From Chlamydiota bacterium (GTDB lineage: Bacteria > Chlamydiota > Chlamydiia > Chlamydiales > SM23-39), in the NCBI GenBank assembly GCA_013285585.1, contig JABDHH010000001.1, forward strand, positions 6,400-70,399: 64,000 nucleotides of DNA. The letters are read 5' to 3'. The notes under the pieces were generated by a model. The model saw only the letters and a program-made list of their open reading frames with translations, was not told where the DNA came from and searched no databases. Below are positions 63,287-64,000 of the stretch, piece after piece (position 1 is the first letter of the stretch; each line of letters opens with the position of its first letter). The translations under genes were made by a program, and so were the position numbers.

Positions 63287-64000
63287 TTAAATCTTTTGTA
63301 GATGGATGATCGCTTCCTCGCCATTGAGATCCCAAGCAGTCCCTTCGCTCGGGCCGAATTCGACATCTACTGCCAAGACCTCGCCTGCGATATAGCTTTT
63401 ATAGAGAGAGAAACATTCTTCTACCCGCGCCGTCGTCTGAATCCGGATCCGGATCCGATCAGTCACTGCTAAGCCTTGGTCGCGGCGCATTGTATTGATC
63501 TTGTTGACCAGTTCTCTCGCAAGCCCTTCGCGAAGAAGCTCTTCATCGACCGCCGTATCGAGAGCGACGGTCAAATCCCCCTCATTGCCTGCGGCAAGCC
63601 CTTCCCTCACTTTCCGTTCGATCTGGACATCGCCCGGCTCGAGTTCGACCATCTCCCCACCGATCTCGACCTGCAGTGTCCTGCCTGAAGAAAGAATTTG
63701 GATCTGCTTGCGATCGAATCCTTGGATCACTTTTTGCGCTTGAGGCATCAGTTTGCCGATCTTCTTGCCCAAGACGGGGAAATTCGGCTTGGCCAGCCAC
63801 TGGACGAATTTCGCTTCGTCGCTGTGTAGCTCGATCTTCTTTACATTGAGCTCGTCCGCTATAAGCTGCGCTTGTTTTTCAAGCGCGTGAAGAAGCTCCC
63901 CGTTCGAAGTGATGAGATGCGCCTTTGCCAAAGGCTGGCGCACTTTTAGCTTATATTCCTTTCTCAGCGCGTGGCCGAGCGAAACAGCCACTTGCGCAGC
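63287..64000 (-). CDS. ileS: isoleucine--tRNA ligase, C-terminal part (runs off the window)
   Basis: The frame stays open to the window edge. The sequence (..LAKPNFPVLGKKIGKLMPQAQKVI.. ..TVALDTAVDEELLREGLARELVNKINTMRRD..) is typical of the type-2 IleRS C-terminal domain. Confidence 0.85.
   Translation of the reverse strand, partial: AAQVAVSLGHALRKEYKLKVRQPLAKAHLITSNGELLHALEKQAQLIADELNVKKIELHSDEAKFVQWLAKPNFPVLGKKIGKLMPQAQKVIQGFDRKQIQILSSGRTLQVEIGGEMVELEPGDVQIERKVREGLAAGNEGDLTVALDTAVDEELLREGLARELVNKINTMRRDQGLAVTDRIRIRIQTTARVEECFSLYKSYIAGEVLAVDVEFGPSEGTAWDLNGEEAIIHLQKI

Noticed and set aside
62683-63366. 227-aa ORF overlapping the lepB 3' end, the 63.1-kb MITE and the ileS 3' end
   Set aside because: It runs antisense through two conserved genes and a non-coding repeat, and it is basic and low in complexity.

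Overview
The window looks like an environmental Chlamydiae-type genome. I infer this from memory of Chlamydia gene order: recD2-metG-gmk-rnhB-rplS-trmD-rpsP-ffh-prmC-prfA-rpmE, plus lepB-ileS with a very large 629-aa LepB. About half is housekeeping (32.5-55.6 kb and 57.3-64 kb). The rest is accessory. (1) 0.9-12.5 kb holds an oxidative-enzyme cluster (P450, AraC/GyrI regulator, SnoaL-like, PhyH dioxygenase, YheO regulator and aminotransferase) next to a lone MFS pump and an OMF-MFP-MFS (EmrAB/TolC-like) efflux operon. (2) 12.6-16.5 kb holds eukaryote-like or effector-like genes: an M48-like protease with an Inc-like bilobed hydrophobic N-terminus, a prolyl 4-hydroxylase, a truncated SET domain and a GT1 sterol-glucosyltransferase-like enzyme. 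(3) 16.5-32.5 kb is the most striking part. An intact tRNA-Asn(GUU) is preceded by four 44-46-nt copies of its own 3' half. These delimit four tandem integrase-less islets whose distal ends alternate between two conserved non-coding arm families (A-B-A-B) carrying short direct repeats. Cargo includes a 7-gene MerR-headed operon with four serine-hydrolase-type ORFs, one of them split by a MITE. It also includes three intact toxin-antitoxin pairs, one TA scar, a trypco2-like orphan, and two divergent modules of a secreted twin-CX3C (spacer 14) protein plus a small 2-TM protein. At least four small inverted-repeat (MITE-like) families are scattered through the window. Other oddities are an archaeal-type AspRS fused to a YbaK-like deacylase domain, an S26 peptidase homologue with both catalytic residues replaced, tandem acidic paralogs with a conserved FPPLP motif, and an unlisted 58-aa ORF in the rpoZ position. 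No CRISPR array, rRNA or recognisable recombinase gene was found.
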